The notes below the pieces were generated by a model that had not been told where the DNA came from, searched no databases, and saw only the letters and a list, made by a program, of their open reading frames with translations. DNA of 63,531 bases, the filler included, from Hyphochytrium catenoides (lineage: Eukaryota; Protista; Hyphochytriomycota): NCBI GenBank assembly GCA_900088475.1. It is 14 parts of 14 records of this genome, joined end to end, with 100 filler letters (N's around TTAATTAATTAA, not from the genome) between each part and the next. Parts side by side here need not be neighbours in the genome. Positions count along the whole stretch, not along the records: positions 32,907 to 47,139 come from FLMG01002693.1; 13 more parts are not named here. One strand, 5' to 3'. Both the position numbers and the translations under genes were made by a program. Of this stretch, positions 34,388 to 47,239 are shown one piece after another. Position 1 is the first letter of the stretch; each line of letters opens with the position of its first letter.

Positions 34388-35491
34388 TTAAAGAGCAGAA
34401 GAGGAAAGGCTTTCCAGGAGGCTCATTCTATAGTCCCTCACACGTTCAAGGTCACGGCTTAAAGAGGTAGCAAGGTCTTGGGTCACTGGGTCGATGACCT
34501 CTCTCAGGGTTGCCAAACTCAGCGATAAATGGGTCATGAAGTTTTGCTGCAGCGCAAGGAGTTCACATCCCTCTCCCGCAGAGAGGAAAGGGAAAGACGA
34601 TGACCGATAAGGACTACGCAGTAACTCAAGTCCAGGTCTCTTCTCTTCTAAGGCTTTCCGAAGCTTAAGCACGAAAGAGTTCCATGCACTGAAGGCGTAC
34701 TCAGCATGATGAAGAGCTTTCCCTAGTCCTGAACGACAGGACGAGCCTTGAAATGCCTGTGCTATCCTGGTGATCCGTTCTATATGGCGAGACACCTCTG
34801 TCTCCATAGCTCTAAGTTTGAACCTCTCCAATACCTCTGCGGTGAGGAGCCCAGAGCAGGAAAGAGCATTGAATAGAGAAGGCTCTTGCATGTCTTCTCT
34901 CTCCTCTACAGCTTCATCGCTCTCTTTGGACATTCTGCTCAAAGGATAGCAGGAAGTAACAGTCTCTGACTTGTTGTTGTCTTCTGGCTTCTGCTCCGCT
35001 TTCTCTAAGATCACTTGCGGAGAGCATCGCTGCGGTAGGATGTTGACATCTTTCCGTCCCGACTCACTCTTTAGGCTTTGCAGAGCCTCTAAAACCCCGC
35101 TCAGGGGTGAAGCCTGGATCTGAGATGAACACTGTCCGGTTAGAGCAGAAAGGGGAAGTCTTCCCGTAAGAGAGCGCTTTCTTCCAGCTTGGAGGGCTCT
35201 AGATGTTGGCGTTCTGTACTTAAACGAGTGACAGCCGTCTCCAATTTTAAGGCCGTCACAGACTGTAAAGATGCTTGCACAGGGCTCCACCGTGACGACA
35301 GAGGGGGAGAGAAAGGCTTGCTCGCCCTTTTCCATTCTTCGCACAGAGATGAGTTCTTCACAATCCGGCATTTGCTCTAGGGTAGTCTTCCCTAGATTAG
35401 AAGGAGGAAATGGGAGAGACGCTGTGCTATTCCGGCTTTGCCTGACTCCATAGATATTGTCCCTTAACTCTTTAACCGACGGCACTCGCAT
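34388..35491 (-). CDS. Hypothetical protein (~370 aa, helical C-terminal half)
   Basis: Long non-repetitive ORF from MRVPSVKEL; no recognisable domain. Confidence 0.5.
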   Translation of the reverse strand: MRVPSVKELRDNIYGVRQSRNSTASLPFPPSNLGKTTLEQMPDCEELISVRRMEKGEQAFLSPSVVTVEPCASIFTVCDGLKIGDGCHSFKYRTPTSRALQAGRKRSLTGRLPLSALTGQCSSQIQASPLSGVLEALQSLKSESGRKDVNILPQRCSPQVILEKAEQKPEDNNKSETVTSCYPLSRMSKESDEAVEEREDMQEPSLFNALSCSGLLTAEVLERFKLRAMETEVSRHIERITRIAQAFQGSSCRSGLGKALHHAEYAFSAWNSFVLKLRKALEEKRPGLELLRSPYRSSSFPFLSAGEGCELLALQQNFMTHLSLSLATLREVIDPVTQDLATSLSRDLERVRDYRMSLLESLSSSAL

Positions 35492-38400
35492 AGCGGAGAG
35501 GAGAAGGAAAAGGAGAGAGTGTGTGAGAGAGAGGGAGAGAAGGAAAGAAGATTTATAAAGTCTAGGATCCGTATCGACTAGACGTGACTCATTGTCTGCA
35601 ATAAAGCGCAACCGTTTGAAAGGCCCTGTCGGGCCGAGGGGACGGAGAGGGAAGAGAGTGCGAGGTAAAGAGTGGAGAAAGGAGAATCAGAGAGAGAGAA
35701 CTTTATGTAGATGGGCAATCCTATCGTTCATCGCCGAAGGCCCAGCAAAGAAGGCAACTAGGAGTTACTAGAAAGCAAACTAGAGCAAGTGTCGCGTCAG
35801 CAGGCTTGTCTTGTCTAACAGAGAGAAGTGCGAACAATGACTTGACCGTCCTCCTCTTGATGGACATCGGGATGGAATAAATCCGAACAGTGCCTTCGGA
35901 TGAGAGAACCGGAGATATCTGGGGTGACCTCTCCAATATTGAGTCTTTGGTCTTGGCTTGTTCTACCTTCTTTCCATAGGCCGCTCTACTGACCTTGACA
36001 CCTTCTACATCCCCTCCTCTCTCCCACTGACTATTCCTCTTTCTTTCCTTGGAGGCAGCAAGGGGACAGTCTAACCTCTGGACTCTAGCGCTTGAGTGCG
36101 GGCAACCACAGGGTTGGGATGTCAAGTGTAGGGCTGTTGCCCCTGCTCCCTTCAACATGATGCCCTGACACACTGCTTCCTAGGCCCTTGGCTTGCGTTT
36201 GACGTACAACTCTATGATAGACACAGGTAGAATCAGACTCACTAGTGCTTGTGGCGCTAGCGACGTGGTCGGCGTTGGACGGCTCGCCATGAAGAGGACA
36301 AACTGACGGTCATCTAAGCGATTGGAAAGCCAAGTGTCGAGGAGGGAAAGACAAAGTGGCAAGGGGATGAAATAACAGCAATCCATTGGGAACGAGACAG
36401 TGCGTACTGCGAGATAGAGTGGCCAGGAGATGTGTGGAGATAAGACACCAGCAACCTATTAAGTTGGTGTAAGAAAAGGTTTCACAGAGGAAGAGTGCGC
36501 ACGAAAGATTCTGTGTTGCGAGACAGAGTGGCCGGTAGGGTGTCATAAAACCTTGCGCTGGGCCCTTATTAGGAGCCGCAGCTCCTCTGTTCTTATGGCT
36601 CGCAAAGGCCGCTCTCATCCACACAGAGCCCCATATGATCATCCTACTCTGTCTCATGACCTCAATTCTCTCATTTTTCAGTCCACTGTTTAGAGGCTAC
36701 AGTAAATATGTCTCTTGGGATGGTTCAGGATATCTCTCGAGTTGGCTGAAGAGTGTGGGACGATGGAGGGAAGACCTCTTGGTTCTTGTTTTTTGTCCTC
36801 TGCGTCCTCTGCGTCCTCTCTGGTGCTAGAGCCACAGAGTGATCTGTGGCCAAGGCAGGAGGACTAAGATTGCAGCCAGAGGAAACCTTTCAATGAAACA
36901 TATCACAAAAACATATTTTCCCGGGAGCAACCACAGCTGTAGGGGTGGGAATTGCGTCGAAAGGAACCTTTCCATTGTTTGGAAACTAACAGAAATGCAT
37001 AGTACATCTTGTCATGGAGGTTCTCCTTTCTCTTGGATCTGAACAGCACTTTCTAAAGCGAAAGAACTATGCACGAAACTTGATCCGCCGATTCTAATGG
37101 TCCTTTAAGCCGCTTTTTACCAAAAGTAAAATCATCTACTGTCATATTGTCTCCTTGACTGTCAAGTTGCAACCGAAACTTAGAGCCGCATGTCGAATTC
37201 AATACAGATAGGCAGTACGTGGTGGCGTCGGGTATAAGTGTTTGAGGTCGTTGGTACGACATAAAGCAAGGTTTGTCCTTCTGATAAAAGCAGACAAGCA
37301 GTCAGGACGCTCACTCCTTACTTCGAGCAGGAGCGAATCCAAGAGATGCGTGTCATTGATCCAGGCAGAGTAGTGGTGGCTGTCAATGATAGTTGTTTTG
37401 ACAAGAACGAAGAAAGAGAGATGGACAGTGACATTGAGGGCAGGCAGGTGGCGGTTGTCAGCACTCCTGATGTGCGATATGGACAGAGAGACAGATGGAA
37501 CGGACAGAATCCAGCAGCTGGTTATTGCATGATGAAGTGGAGGAGGGGGAAGAAGCAAACAGGAATCTGTGGGCAGAAACAATTGCGCTCGTCGCTTTGA
37601 TTCCAATAGTGATAGGAAGCCCACCTGAATTTTTTTCTTGAAGAAACAAATTGATCGTAAGTACATAGTACTTCTAGCTTACTACGTCCACAAGGTTCAT
37701 TGCCTTTGACAAGGTTGCACAGAATGAGCAGTTATGGTCATCGAGGGAGTTCGGACTATCCACTGAAGAAAACGTGACAGAACACTGATAGACATCACAT
37801 ATCTAGTTCTACCTCTAGAACTATCTGTAAGCTGCAAGAATTTTCTTTTGCACAGCTCATAGAACCTCTACTGCGGATGGAAATAGTGATGCTGTACGTA
37901 GACAAGAGCCAGTGAAGAGTGTCTGGCTGGTGAAGCGACATACTGCCTTGTTGTAACCAGTTTGACATTACAGTCCTTTCTAACAAGCGGACCACAAATC
38001 TGACAACGGGTGGCGCTCTCTGCCCATCCTCTCTAGGTCTCGCACGCTCGCGCTCCTGGCTAGACACTAACAATAGGGTTCCTTCTGCTTTGTATGTTGC
38101 CCACTCTGACAAGGTCATCGGCAATTCACAGTGGCCCCACTTCTTAGGAGGCAGTGAGGGGGTATCCCATCCACTCACTGTCTGTGCTTTCACCTCCACG
38201 AGAGACAATCAGGAGCATGGATGTATCATACTGCGCAAGAAAGAAGAAAGCGCAGGAATAGGATTGTCAATATTGGATCTTACATTACGTCCTCTGTCCG
38301 AAACTGCAAGCGGCTCACACACGACATCGTCGCTTTGAGATATACTCAGGTCAGAATAGCCGATGACATGGTCAGCAACAGCTAGTAGACAGTGTAACTG

Positions 38401-39234
38401 AACGACGGCCAGCGTTGTTGGTAGAAATGGTAGAAACAAATGGGTGGTAATTCTAAGCTCCTTGGTTGGGAGAGAAAGGAAAGAGGAGGGAGAAATGGCA
38501 CAGGAGATGGATCACCAGGAAGAGATGCAGCTTGCAGAACGAGTCAGCGCTGGCGTTATTATTATATAGAACAGTATCTCAACAGCTAGTGCTGATGGGA
38601 GAGAAAAAGGAAAGTGAGAATAAGTTGTCCCTCACCAGCACCTCCCAAGCTTCGGGCACTTATTAATGATAACGATGTGCTTTTTCAAAGAGCTACCGAT
38701 GTTAAATCTTTACAATACAAATGAAAGCAGTTCTAGGGTGGGTTCTCTTGTTCGTTAGGGATTCTTTTATATAATATATCAAAAGGCGTCGACACCTCTC
38801 CCTAAGCTACCTCGCTCGCAAAAGGTTGTGCATCGATGATAGTAGATCAGCATTATTTCCTTAGGAAGGAGGAAGAAAGAGTCAGCTCACTGGTTATCTC
38901 TATTTATTATAAAAGGTCCTATTACCCTCCTCCTACTGCCATCTTGGAAGGGTAAAGCAAACCCTGAATAACCCAGAGCATCATGGAGCAATGAGACTAG
39001 TTCTGTATAAAGCCAAGAACGATACTAGATTATGACCTCCTCTAGTGACAATGAGGATACAGGTGTAGGAGAAGAGAAGGAGAAGGACACACTATCATTA
39101 TTATTCACTGATAAATAGACCAATAGATTTGTTGTACCTTTACCTTTACTACGACTCCACCATAATCGCTTCATTTTCTAGCTTCAATCACCTGTTATAT
39201 ATTTCAGATACCTTACTAAAGGTAATCATCTCAG

Positions 39235-39315
39235 GTCAGCGTGCCAGAGTGGTTATTGGGTACGATTAGAAATCGTATGGGATTTCCCGCGCAGGTTCGA
39301 ATCCTGCCGCTGACG
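39235..39315 (+). tRNA. tRNA-Ser (anticodon AGA)
   Basis: Acceptor stem GTCAGCG/CGCTGAC, anticodon arm TACGA-TTAGAAA-TCGTA, long variable arm GGGATTTCCC, T-arm GCAGG-TTCGAAT-CCTGC, discriminator G. Confidence 0.95.
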
Positions 39316-39319
39316 AAAC

Positions 39320-39324
39320 TTTTT
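39320..39324 (+). terminator. Pol III oligo-T terminator of tRNA-Ser
   Basis: TTTTT begins 5 nt after the discriminator base. Confidence 0.7.
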
Positions 39325-41309
39325 ACTCCCCGTTTCGGCAAATTTTCAATTGGTAGGGTAACTCCCGAAATTAATTTTCGTGAAAGAGAAAGAGAAAAAG
39401 AAGAAGAGCAAAAGAAGAGAAAGAAGAAGAAAAGAATGACAAAGAAGTGGTGGAAGAAACCAGAGGAGACTGTAGTACAACAACTACAGCAAAGGCCTAA
39501 TGCTTTCCTTGTTCTTGCTGGCTGTACAGCTTTTAGTCAGCTCTTCTGTTGACAGCAATTGAGTTCGGTCGTCTACCTTGTACTCGTACTGTTGATGAGG
39601 CAAGCATGATAATTATTTATCGGCCGCTACTACTACCTGACTAACTTCTATTAACGTCGGCTGCTGGTCTTTGACCACCATGATCTCAAGAAGAAGAATA
39701 CACGCCCGTAGTATATAAGCATAGCGTCTATGATGATGACGAGGCGGCAAGAAGAGTTATTAGGTCCCCTGTGTTGTCCAGTCCACGAAGAACTTACTAC
39801 GTTCATCATCATCAGCATCATTCTCCATGCATTTTGCTCTCTCCCCCAATTATTGCTGGTGATGGCACCCTTACTTCGTGTACAAAGATCATCATCGGCC
39901 ATCCTCATGCGAACAGTTCAGTGCTTTCTTCTATCTGAGCCATTGTCCTTTCCTTCTTGCTACCTCTTATTACATGTTGGCGATCCCACCTGTAAGGTCA
40001 ACAACTACTTGNNNNNNNNNNNNNNNNNNNNNNNNNNNTAACTGCAAAGCATTATCTCGAAGTGTTTGCTAGCTAACCAAGGACAGGCATTTCGTGGTGG
40101 TACTTAGTTGGCACCAATTAGACAAGAAATATATGCAATATTACCCTCCTGCACTTCCGGGTACGAACAGCTTCGTCATCACTTTCTAGCCGAGACTTTG
40201 TTCTATTTTTGCAAGTACAGTGTACATCTTGACCAAAAGGCTGGGAAGCCAATCAGTGTCCTCTAAGGTCCCGAAACAGAAACAACCCATCTTCTTCCTG
40301 TAGCTGGCCCTTAGTTTCGCTTCTACTATTGCGTTATTTTCCAATAGGAGGACAAGCAACTGGGACAATCGTAAGGAAAGGTGGCTAGGCAGAACCTCTC
40401 CTTTCTGCTGAATAACCGTTGTTTGGGTGTTTCCCATTGTTCGCATGCTTTGGCTTGTGCTCCAAACCTCAATCCTGGCCCCTTCGATGTAGAAGCCATT
40501 CCGCCATAGGAGACGCTTGTTCTTTTCTTCTCCTATCTCTTTTACCTACCAATCTCCTTTCATTGTCTTCCGTCTTTCCCTTTCTTTCCTTTCTTTCTTC
40601 GCCCTTGTGTAACGCGCTGCCTCTGTTGACTTTCTGCCTCGTCTCTCCTTTCTCCGGCCTCAAGCGCTGCCTGTCTTATCATCATCCACGCCGGGACAAA
40701 CGAAGCGAGGATAGACAAATCTTTGATCTTCTGACCACCAACGGAACAAACAAGTAACGCCCAAATGAACCCACGAAACCTATACAAAAAGTGAATCCTT
40801 CAGATAGGTAACCTGGGCCAGAGACCTTACCCTTATTCTGTGGGTACAAAAATATCTTTCATTAGCTTTCCTCATTTGAAACAAAGAAACCTATGAAGTT
40901 TCGAGAGGTCGTTACAGAAATAGCGTTGCCGATCCTGATCTTGAGCTATTTTTGCCCTCGATCCTCGCCTCCTATTTTTGATCCCTTGTCTCTTCCTTGC
41001 GAAGGCTAGCTGATGATGGGCCTCTGATGGAGATAGAAGAGAAAGGATCCTACTGTTCCTATACTTTGTCTCTTGAGAAAGTAGGGGTCGACCTCTGTTC
41101 GTCTGCATAGAAGGGGGAAGTTCGGTGAAGGAGAGGTAGAACTATAAGAAGAGAGCGGAGAAGAGGTAGAAGTAACATCTGTGGTGCAAGGTCAGCTTGC
41201 GGATACTTTGGTCCTCGGCCCAAAGTGTTCATTCAGAAATCTCTCAGCCAGCCAACAAGCCAATCAAAGCTACCAGCCAAAGCAACCCCAACCAAACTCC
41301 AACCATGCC

Positions 41310-41492
41310 CAAGCAACAGCAACAACAGAAGCAGCAGCAGCAGCAAAAGCAGCAGCAGCAGCAACAGCAACAGCAGCAGCAACAGCAGCAGCAGAAGCGT
41401 GGCGGCAATGCTCAACAGCAGCAGCAGCAGCCTCAGCAGCAGCAGAAGCAGCAGCAACAGCAGCAGCAGCAAAAGCAGCAGCAGCAGAAGAA
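41310..41492. repeat. (CAG/CAA)n trinucleotide tract
   Basis: Two blocks of CAG/CAA separated by cgtggcggcaatgct. Confidence 0.9.
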
Positions 41493-41743
41493 GCGATAAG
41501 CTTTACTGCTGAACTGACAAGCTCCTTAACCATGCCCCTAAAGCCATTGTACATAGTCTCTGATGGCACACTAGGAGCAGGGGCTGCAGAATAGCCGATA
41601 GTTTCTTTTCAAAAACTTATAAAAAGAGAACAAACCGTCAAAACCCACACCATTGCTTTGTCTCACTTGTTACATTGACTGATCAACGCGGCTCTTTCTT
41701 AACCAGCTAGTGAGTAGGCAGTAAATTAGCAATACTAGGGGTA

Positions 41744-43236
41744 TCACCGTTCCTTCTTTGACTCTAAAGCCTCACTGTTTATCTCTTTCGAAGCTCTATG
41801 CCAAAGTTTATCTAGCGCTAGCACAGGAAGAAGGTAAAGGAAACAAACTACGACGCTAAAGATTGGTGTGAGAAGAGTGACAAAGGAGCGATAAAGAGAC
41901 ATTGGGATGCCCAAGGATCCCAGCGCGTAGATAGGAGGGATGGGGCAAAGCATAAAGTTCAGGTTCATGGCTGTTAGGTAGCCCAAAGGTGAAAGAAGGA
42001 GCCAGTGAAACAAGTGCTTCGATAGCATTCCCTGCCAGGCGGTGATGTACCTGGAGAGCAAAGAATAAGGAGTAGGATTAGACAGGGCACGAGGGGAAGA
42101 ATGCATGCTCAAGAGAGAAAGTTGTCGAGGGAGCGATAGGAAGCGCGAAAGAGAGGGGAAGAGAGAAAGACGAGAAACAAAATGCGACGAATAGAAACCA
42201 CTTCTAACATTGAAGAATAGCACTGTTCATCAAAAAGTATGAGAGGGAAACAACGTGCAACCACGTCAAAATCGAGTCTATTCTACACTCAGGCGTTGGA
42301 GTGACGGAACATCGGGCCATAGCAACCTTAAAGACTTCAAGGATTGAGAAAGCGGCAGCGACAGACTGGCTCTCAACAGAAGAAAAAGTGGAGGGCACCT
42401 TTGACCAGCGAAGTGCAGAAGAAGAGGTAGAGTGCCACAGGACTTGCAGAATAAAGGCAAAACTTAAAGAGGAAGGAAGAAGTACCGAGAAGTATTCACA
42501 AAGGATAGCATACTGACATTGAAGCTCTGAACATCGAGACCATCCTCCTGCCTCCATGGCCCAGTAGAATGAGGATCGGAGAGAGAAAAACAATGAAAAT
42601 GTGTTGGATCCAGAAGACCTCAGGCTCGTAAGGAAGAAAGAGTCCGCTTGTATCAGGCGCTAACACCGCCAGGAAAGGACCCATCATCCAACCCATCATA
42701 TAAGCAGTTAGCTTGTCTTTCCCTGTCGGTTCTGAATCACAGCTGCGCTCTGGAAAGAGCAGCAGATAGATCTGCACCGCTGTTACGATGTGGCAAGGCT
42801 GAAGGAGGAAGAGGAGCTTCCTTGTGAGCACCTTATAGGCCACTTCTATGATGAAGACAGCCAAGAGCATGAGCCCAGCCATTCTCTTGACCAAGAGCCA
42901 TTGGGAGCTTAGCCTCCACGAGGACTCTAGGCCCCTGGCTAACTGGAGCTTCAAGGGCTCAGCAGGACGCCGTCTAAAAGGAACTTTGGTGGAAAGTATG
43001 ATGAAGAGAAGTGCGAAGAACATGGTCTCTAAGAAGTAGACAAGGCCAGGCACGAAGCTGACACACTCTGTTCCTCCCTCGTATGCACCGTTCTCTAGCG
43101 CTCCTGAGGTCCAGACGTTCTGCCACGTGACATTGGCCCAGGCCTTGCTAATTGTTTCTCTCATAGCCGGGTCTAACAGCATCATGATGGCAAACCGAGA
43201 AGTGGGCAGACTTTGTCCTGGTCGGTACTCTTTCAC
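41744..43236 (-). CDS. TMEM164: TMEM164-like membrane protein; exons ~42518-43236 and 41744-42050 (start uncertain)
   Basis: EVAYK...LFLLQPCHIVTAVQIYLL, LAVLAPDT..L.LPYE.EVFWIQH and MNLNFMLCP match TMEM164 motifs (LLNPCH, YWIQH, NLNNMLCP). Phase-2 intron GTCAGT..CTCCAG at 42051-42517. Confidence 0.82.
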
Positions 43237-45129
43237 TTCTACACCCCCTCTTGTTACTCCCAGCTACTCTCTCTCTCTCTCTCGTTCTCTTGGTCTCTCT
43301 TTGTCTCTTTTCTTTCTTCTTGTCTCTCTCTCCGCGACGGTGTAGCAAAGGAAGAAGGCCCTGGCACAGGTCGGTGCTTTCATTGAGAGGAGAGAAAGAG
43401 AGATTCTGATGATGGACAGCCGCCAACATCAGTCATTCAGCCTTTCAGTGGACACTTTCTTGATACAGAAGCAAGGAATGCATCAGAGGAAACATAGGTG
43501 TTTGCAAGCAATTTTTATAAGTGTAGTTTTCGGTGATCGAGCGTGGTGCATTGATTATGGAGTGAAAGAATGATTGGAAACCATCGATTGTTGTGGAAAC
43601 GAAGCGTGCAGATTTGATTTATGGATTCGGGATGAATGAGAGAAAAGGAGGAGAAGTGGTGAATGTTAGTGATCGGTGGGAAGGGGAGATTATCGGGGAG
43701 GATTGTTTCATCAACAGAGTCCGATTCGGAGTTCGGGTGGGAGCGAGTGTGGTTATTATGTTGAGGCCGAAGAGGTGCAGTGAAGAGACCATTGTTGAGA
43801 TCGGAGAATTGGAAGACTATGATTGCTGCTGAATGACTTATTACATGTTGCTGATGATGGACTTGCTAAGTTTCGCGTCAGTTAGTGATGGCGTATGAAG
43901 GTTGGAATCTTGATGTATGATGGAGTAGTGGTGTGAGAAAATTGGGGAAAGAAGGGAAGAAAGCAAATGGGGCATTGTCAGGAACTGATGGAAGGAAGAA
44001 AGAATGAATAATGACTGTAGGCCGGCAAATACGAAAGCTTTACTCTTTAGAAGTTTGTTTGCATCTTCTCTGGAAGCCAGTTCTGTGGAAGGTGATTTAT
44101 TGCACCGATTTCCGTTGCTTGACTCTTCTCCGGCGGTCTTTAGTAGAATGACGCTCGCGGTGCCAGCACGCCTGTAATGAAGAAAAAGAAGAAGCAAGGT
44201 CAGAGTTTAATAATCTATCTGGGGGATTTGTTCAATCATAAGACGTCTTAGCTGTCCGGGCTGTAGGAGGTCTAACCTTCTGCATTGTCCCATCGTTGAT
44301 GGGGCTGCAACCTCAGCAGGTTAGAGATCGTGTTGAAATCTAGTTCGATTGCTAATGTCAGAAGTGGTGGTGGGGCTTGTATTGCTCACATCTGAGTGCT
44401 TACTAACAGCGGCTGCTTATTAGTGAAAGTGTGGGCCGGCTATGGATGTCGATAAGCAGCTGATGGCAAGCACTCTCGCCTCGATCGAGCCGAATCATCA
44501 TTCGGTAGGGATCTAGATAGTGACCTGTCGTTGTTCGTTCATCTATATACTGAGGGCTGGGGGCGCGGCATGATGATGATGTATCTCAGGGGAGCGGCAT
44601 TACTTCTTCATCCTCCAACAAATAATCGATGAAGACAGCACACAACATCATTACAGTACAGCCAAGATGATGACGAACGCTAGCTGGAGACCGGAGCGAG
44701 ATCGATGATGCCATCACAAGTGTCTCCTTCAACAACAACAACAACAAAATCGACAACAACAACGCCATGATGCAGCACAGCACAACACCACAAACAACAG
44801 AACGTACGTAACTTTTATCACACACGACTACATCATAGTAGTCTATGACACACTAACTCCATCGTTTTGTTCTTCTTATTTTATTACTAACTCAATCATC
44901 GTCAACACTCAGTGGAAGCGAACAAAAAAAACGGATCAACAACAAGTCTCCAATGTCGTCGGCATTGTTGTCCGCCGCCACCACCACCACTAATCTTGGC
45001 GCCGCCGCTATTTATTGTACCTCCTCCTCCTCCTTCTTCTTCTCAGCTTTCTCCTCCATCATACTCCTGTTGCCAGCAGCGCAGCAGCGGATAATCATAA
45101 GTATTGTAAAATAATAATAAGATTCGTTT

Positions 45130-46588
45130 CTATCCACTACGTTCTTCGGAGGAGGAGGACTCCTGATCGGGAACCATGTCTCCGCCGTTGGATTCCAAGA
45201 GATTTGCAAAAAAGTGCTGGGGTTGCAGAGAATAACGCTTAGGCCAAGTGGCATCTTCACTTGCAGCCAAGGACTCTCTAACTCTCTCCAATTCAGCCAG
45301 GTCAGTGGGAGAGGTCACCCAGCGCTGAGTCTTGGCCTCTTCTAAAGATACTCTCGCATGATGAGCTAGAATGCGAAGAAAGGGACGTTTACCCCTGCTG
45401 GCGACNNNNNNNNNNNNNNNNNNNNNNNNNNNNNNNNNNNNNNNNNNNNGACTGCATGATTTGTGGATTCACCACAAACAAGCGGAGCTGCTGTTGGAAG
45501 GGATCATAAATGAAGCAAACCTCCAGCTTGTCGAACGCCTTCTCAACAGCATTCAGAAGGAGCAATCCGTTCCGTTCGCTTCTGACATCGCTCTCTTGCA
45601 GGCCAAAAAACTCGTCTAACCCTTCACCGCGGGTTGACCACTTCCAGATATGGGCAGCTATGACAAATTTTCGATCAAAAAATTGTCCCGTGACCATGTC
45701 CATAATCTGTCCCGTTGTTTGCTGCGGCGGAGGAGCATCACTAGCAGCACCATAGAAGTGGATCAGCCTGTTCTTAAAGTCCTCCTCTATTGTCGGAGCG
45801 ATCGTCGTTGGGTGGTATTTCCAAGGATTGATTCTCCGTATTAGACACCTCGCCGCTTCAGGGAGAACCATCTTGGAAAGCACCTTCCACTGACGACCAT
45901 TCGCTTCTTCAAGCTTCTCAAGCTTCTCGATCAGTATAGCAGCAGCAGAACCTCCTTTAACCGAAAGAAGAATCGTCAATCAAACAAAACAGCAAGTCAA
46001 AAACGAAAGACTGTCGTATCACTCAACATCGCTTCTACTGTCCAGAAGAGAGGATATTTACTAGTTGCAAGACTTACCCGCACCGGAAGATGGACGCTCA
46101 GCGTTGAGCTCTCTCGTCCAAGCCACCGATAGCTCCTCTTCAATGATGCGCTGACGACGTTCCACCTCTACCAGAAGCTCGCCCACAGATACCAATTGCG
46201 TCCCAACGGACACCAATTGCGTCCCAACGGACACCAATTGCGTGCGAACTATCGACAACTGCTCCTCCACATCATTCCGATCTTCATCAATCTCCGCAAG
46301 CGCTGTCTGCAGCTGGAGGCGATCATCTGGCTGCACCGACGCATCCCTCAGCTTAGCCAAAGTTCTTCTCTTCGCTGCAATGAGGGTCTCCTTTTTTGAC
46401 TGCAGACTTGCCTTTTCTGACAGCAGACTTGCCTTTTCTGACTGCAGACTGGCCTCCTTCGTCTGCAGACTGGCCTCCTTCGTCTGCAGACTTGCCTTTT
46501 CTGACTGCAGACTTGCCTTTTCTGACTGCAGACTGGCCTCCTTCGTCTGCAGACTTGCCTTTTCTGACTGCAAAGCTATCTTGTCCAT
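45130..46588 (-). CDS. Coiled-coil + HNH endonuclease (Crinkler/RHS-type HNH_2) protein; exons 46078-46588 and 45130-45954 (spans an N-gap)
   Basis: Heptad repeats at the N-terminus. FKNRLIHFY..MVTG..VIAAHIWK..DVRSERNGLLLLNAVEKAFDKLEVCFIYDP..PFLRILAHHA. Phase-1 123-bp GTAAGT..AAAG intron. Confidence 0.78.
46398..46572 (-). repeat. 21-bp coding repeats (ASLQSEK / ASLQTKE heptads); second 21-bp array (TQLVSVG) at ~46185-46245
   Basis: Direct inspection: about 8 units of two alternating types. Confidence 0.9.
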
Positions 46589-47239
46589 AATAACAGTAAC
46601 AAACGGTACGTTCCTCCTCGTATTGCTTGCTTACCAGGAGGTCGATTAGAAAATGACACCGCGCGGCGGCGGCTGCTTTTTGTTCCAATGATGAATGGTT
46701 GGTGCTTCCCTGCTTCACACTGTTTGAAAAGAAGCGGAAGAAGGGCGTCCAGAAGTAGAAGTGGCCACTGTCACTCAATCACGTATACAAGGCACGACTG
46801 AGTACAATGTGATCAGTTTCTTCCGTCACAGACAGCGACAATCTCTTATGGAATGGTCTTGCGGGACAGCTGGTCATAAACTTCCTGGTGGTTCTTCTTC
46901 CAGTATCATCTTCACCCTCCGCTGACTGATCAGAAGTCAAACTGACGGATACTGAGTGGTGCAAGTAGAATGATCACTTTCTTCCGTCACAGTGTTACGT
47001 AGAGGAAGCGTATAATAAAAGACCTCTCTTGCTTGTAGTCTCGCTTTTTCTAGAGCTTACTTTAATCTTGAAGCAAGAGAGGTGCCTTTAAAGCATCTCC
47101 ACCGGGAGTCTCTAAATGAATCTCTATTGCCGCGTTAGCNNNNNNNNNNNNNNNNNNNNNNNNNNNNNNNNNNNNNNNNNNNNTTAATTAATTAANNNNN
47201 NNNNNNNNNNNNNNNNNNNNNNNNNNNNNNNNNNNNNNN

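Noticed and set aside
35700-38700. Repeat-poor region with many short ORFs
   Set aside because: No consistent exon chain or recognisable motif could be built
43500-44500. Possible decayed LINE ORF1 on the minus strand (ELASREDANKLLKSKAFVFAG)
   Set aside because: Only a vague resemblance; no zinc knuckle, endonuclease or RT motif found
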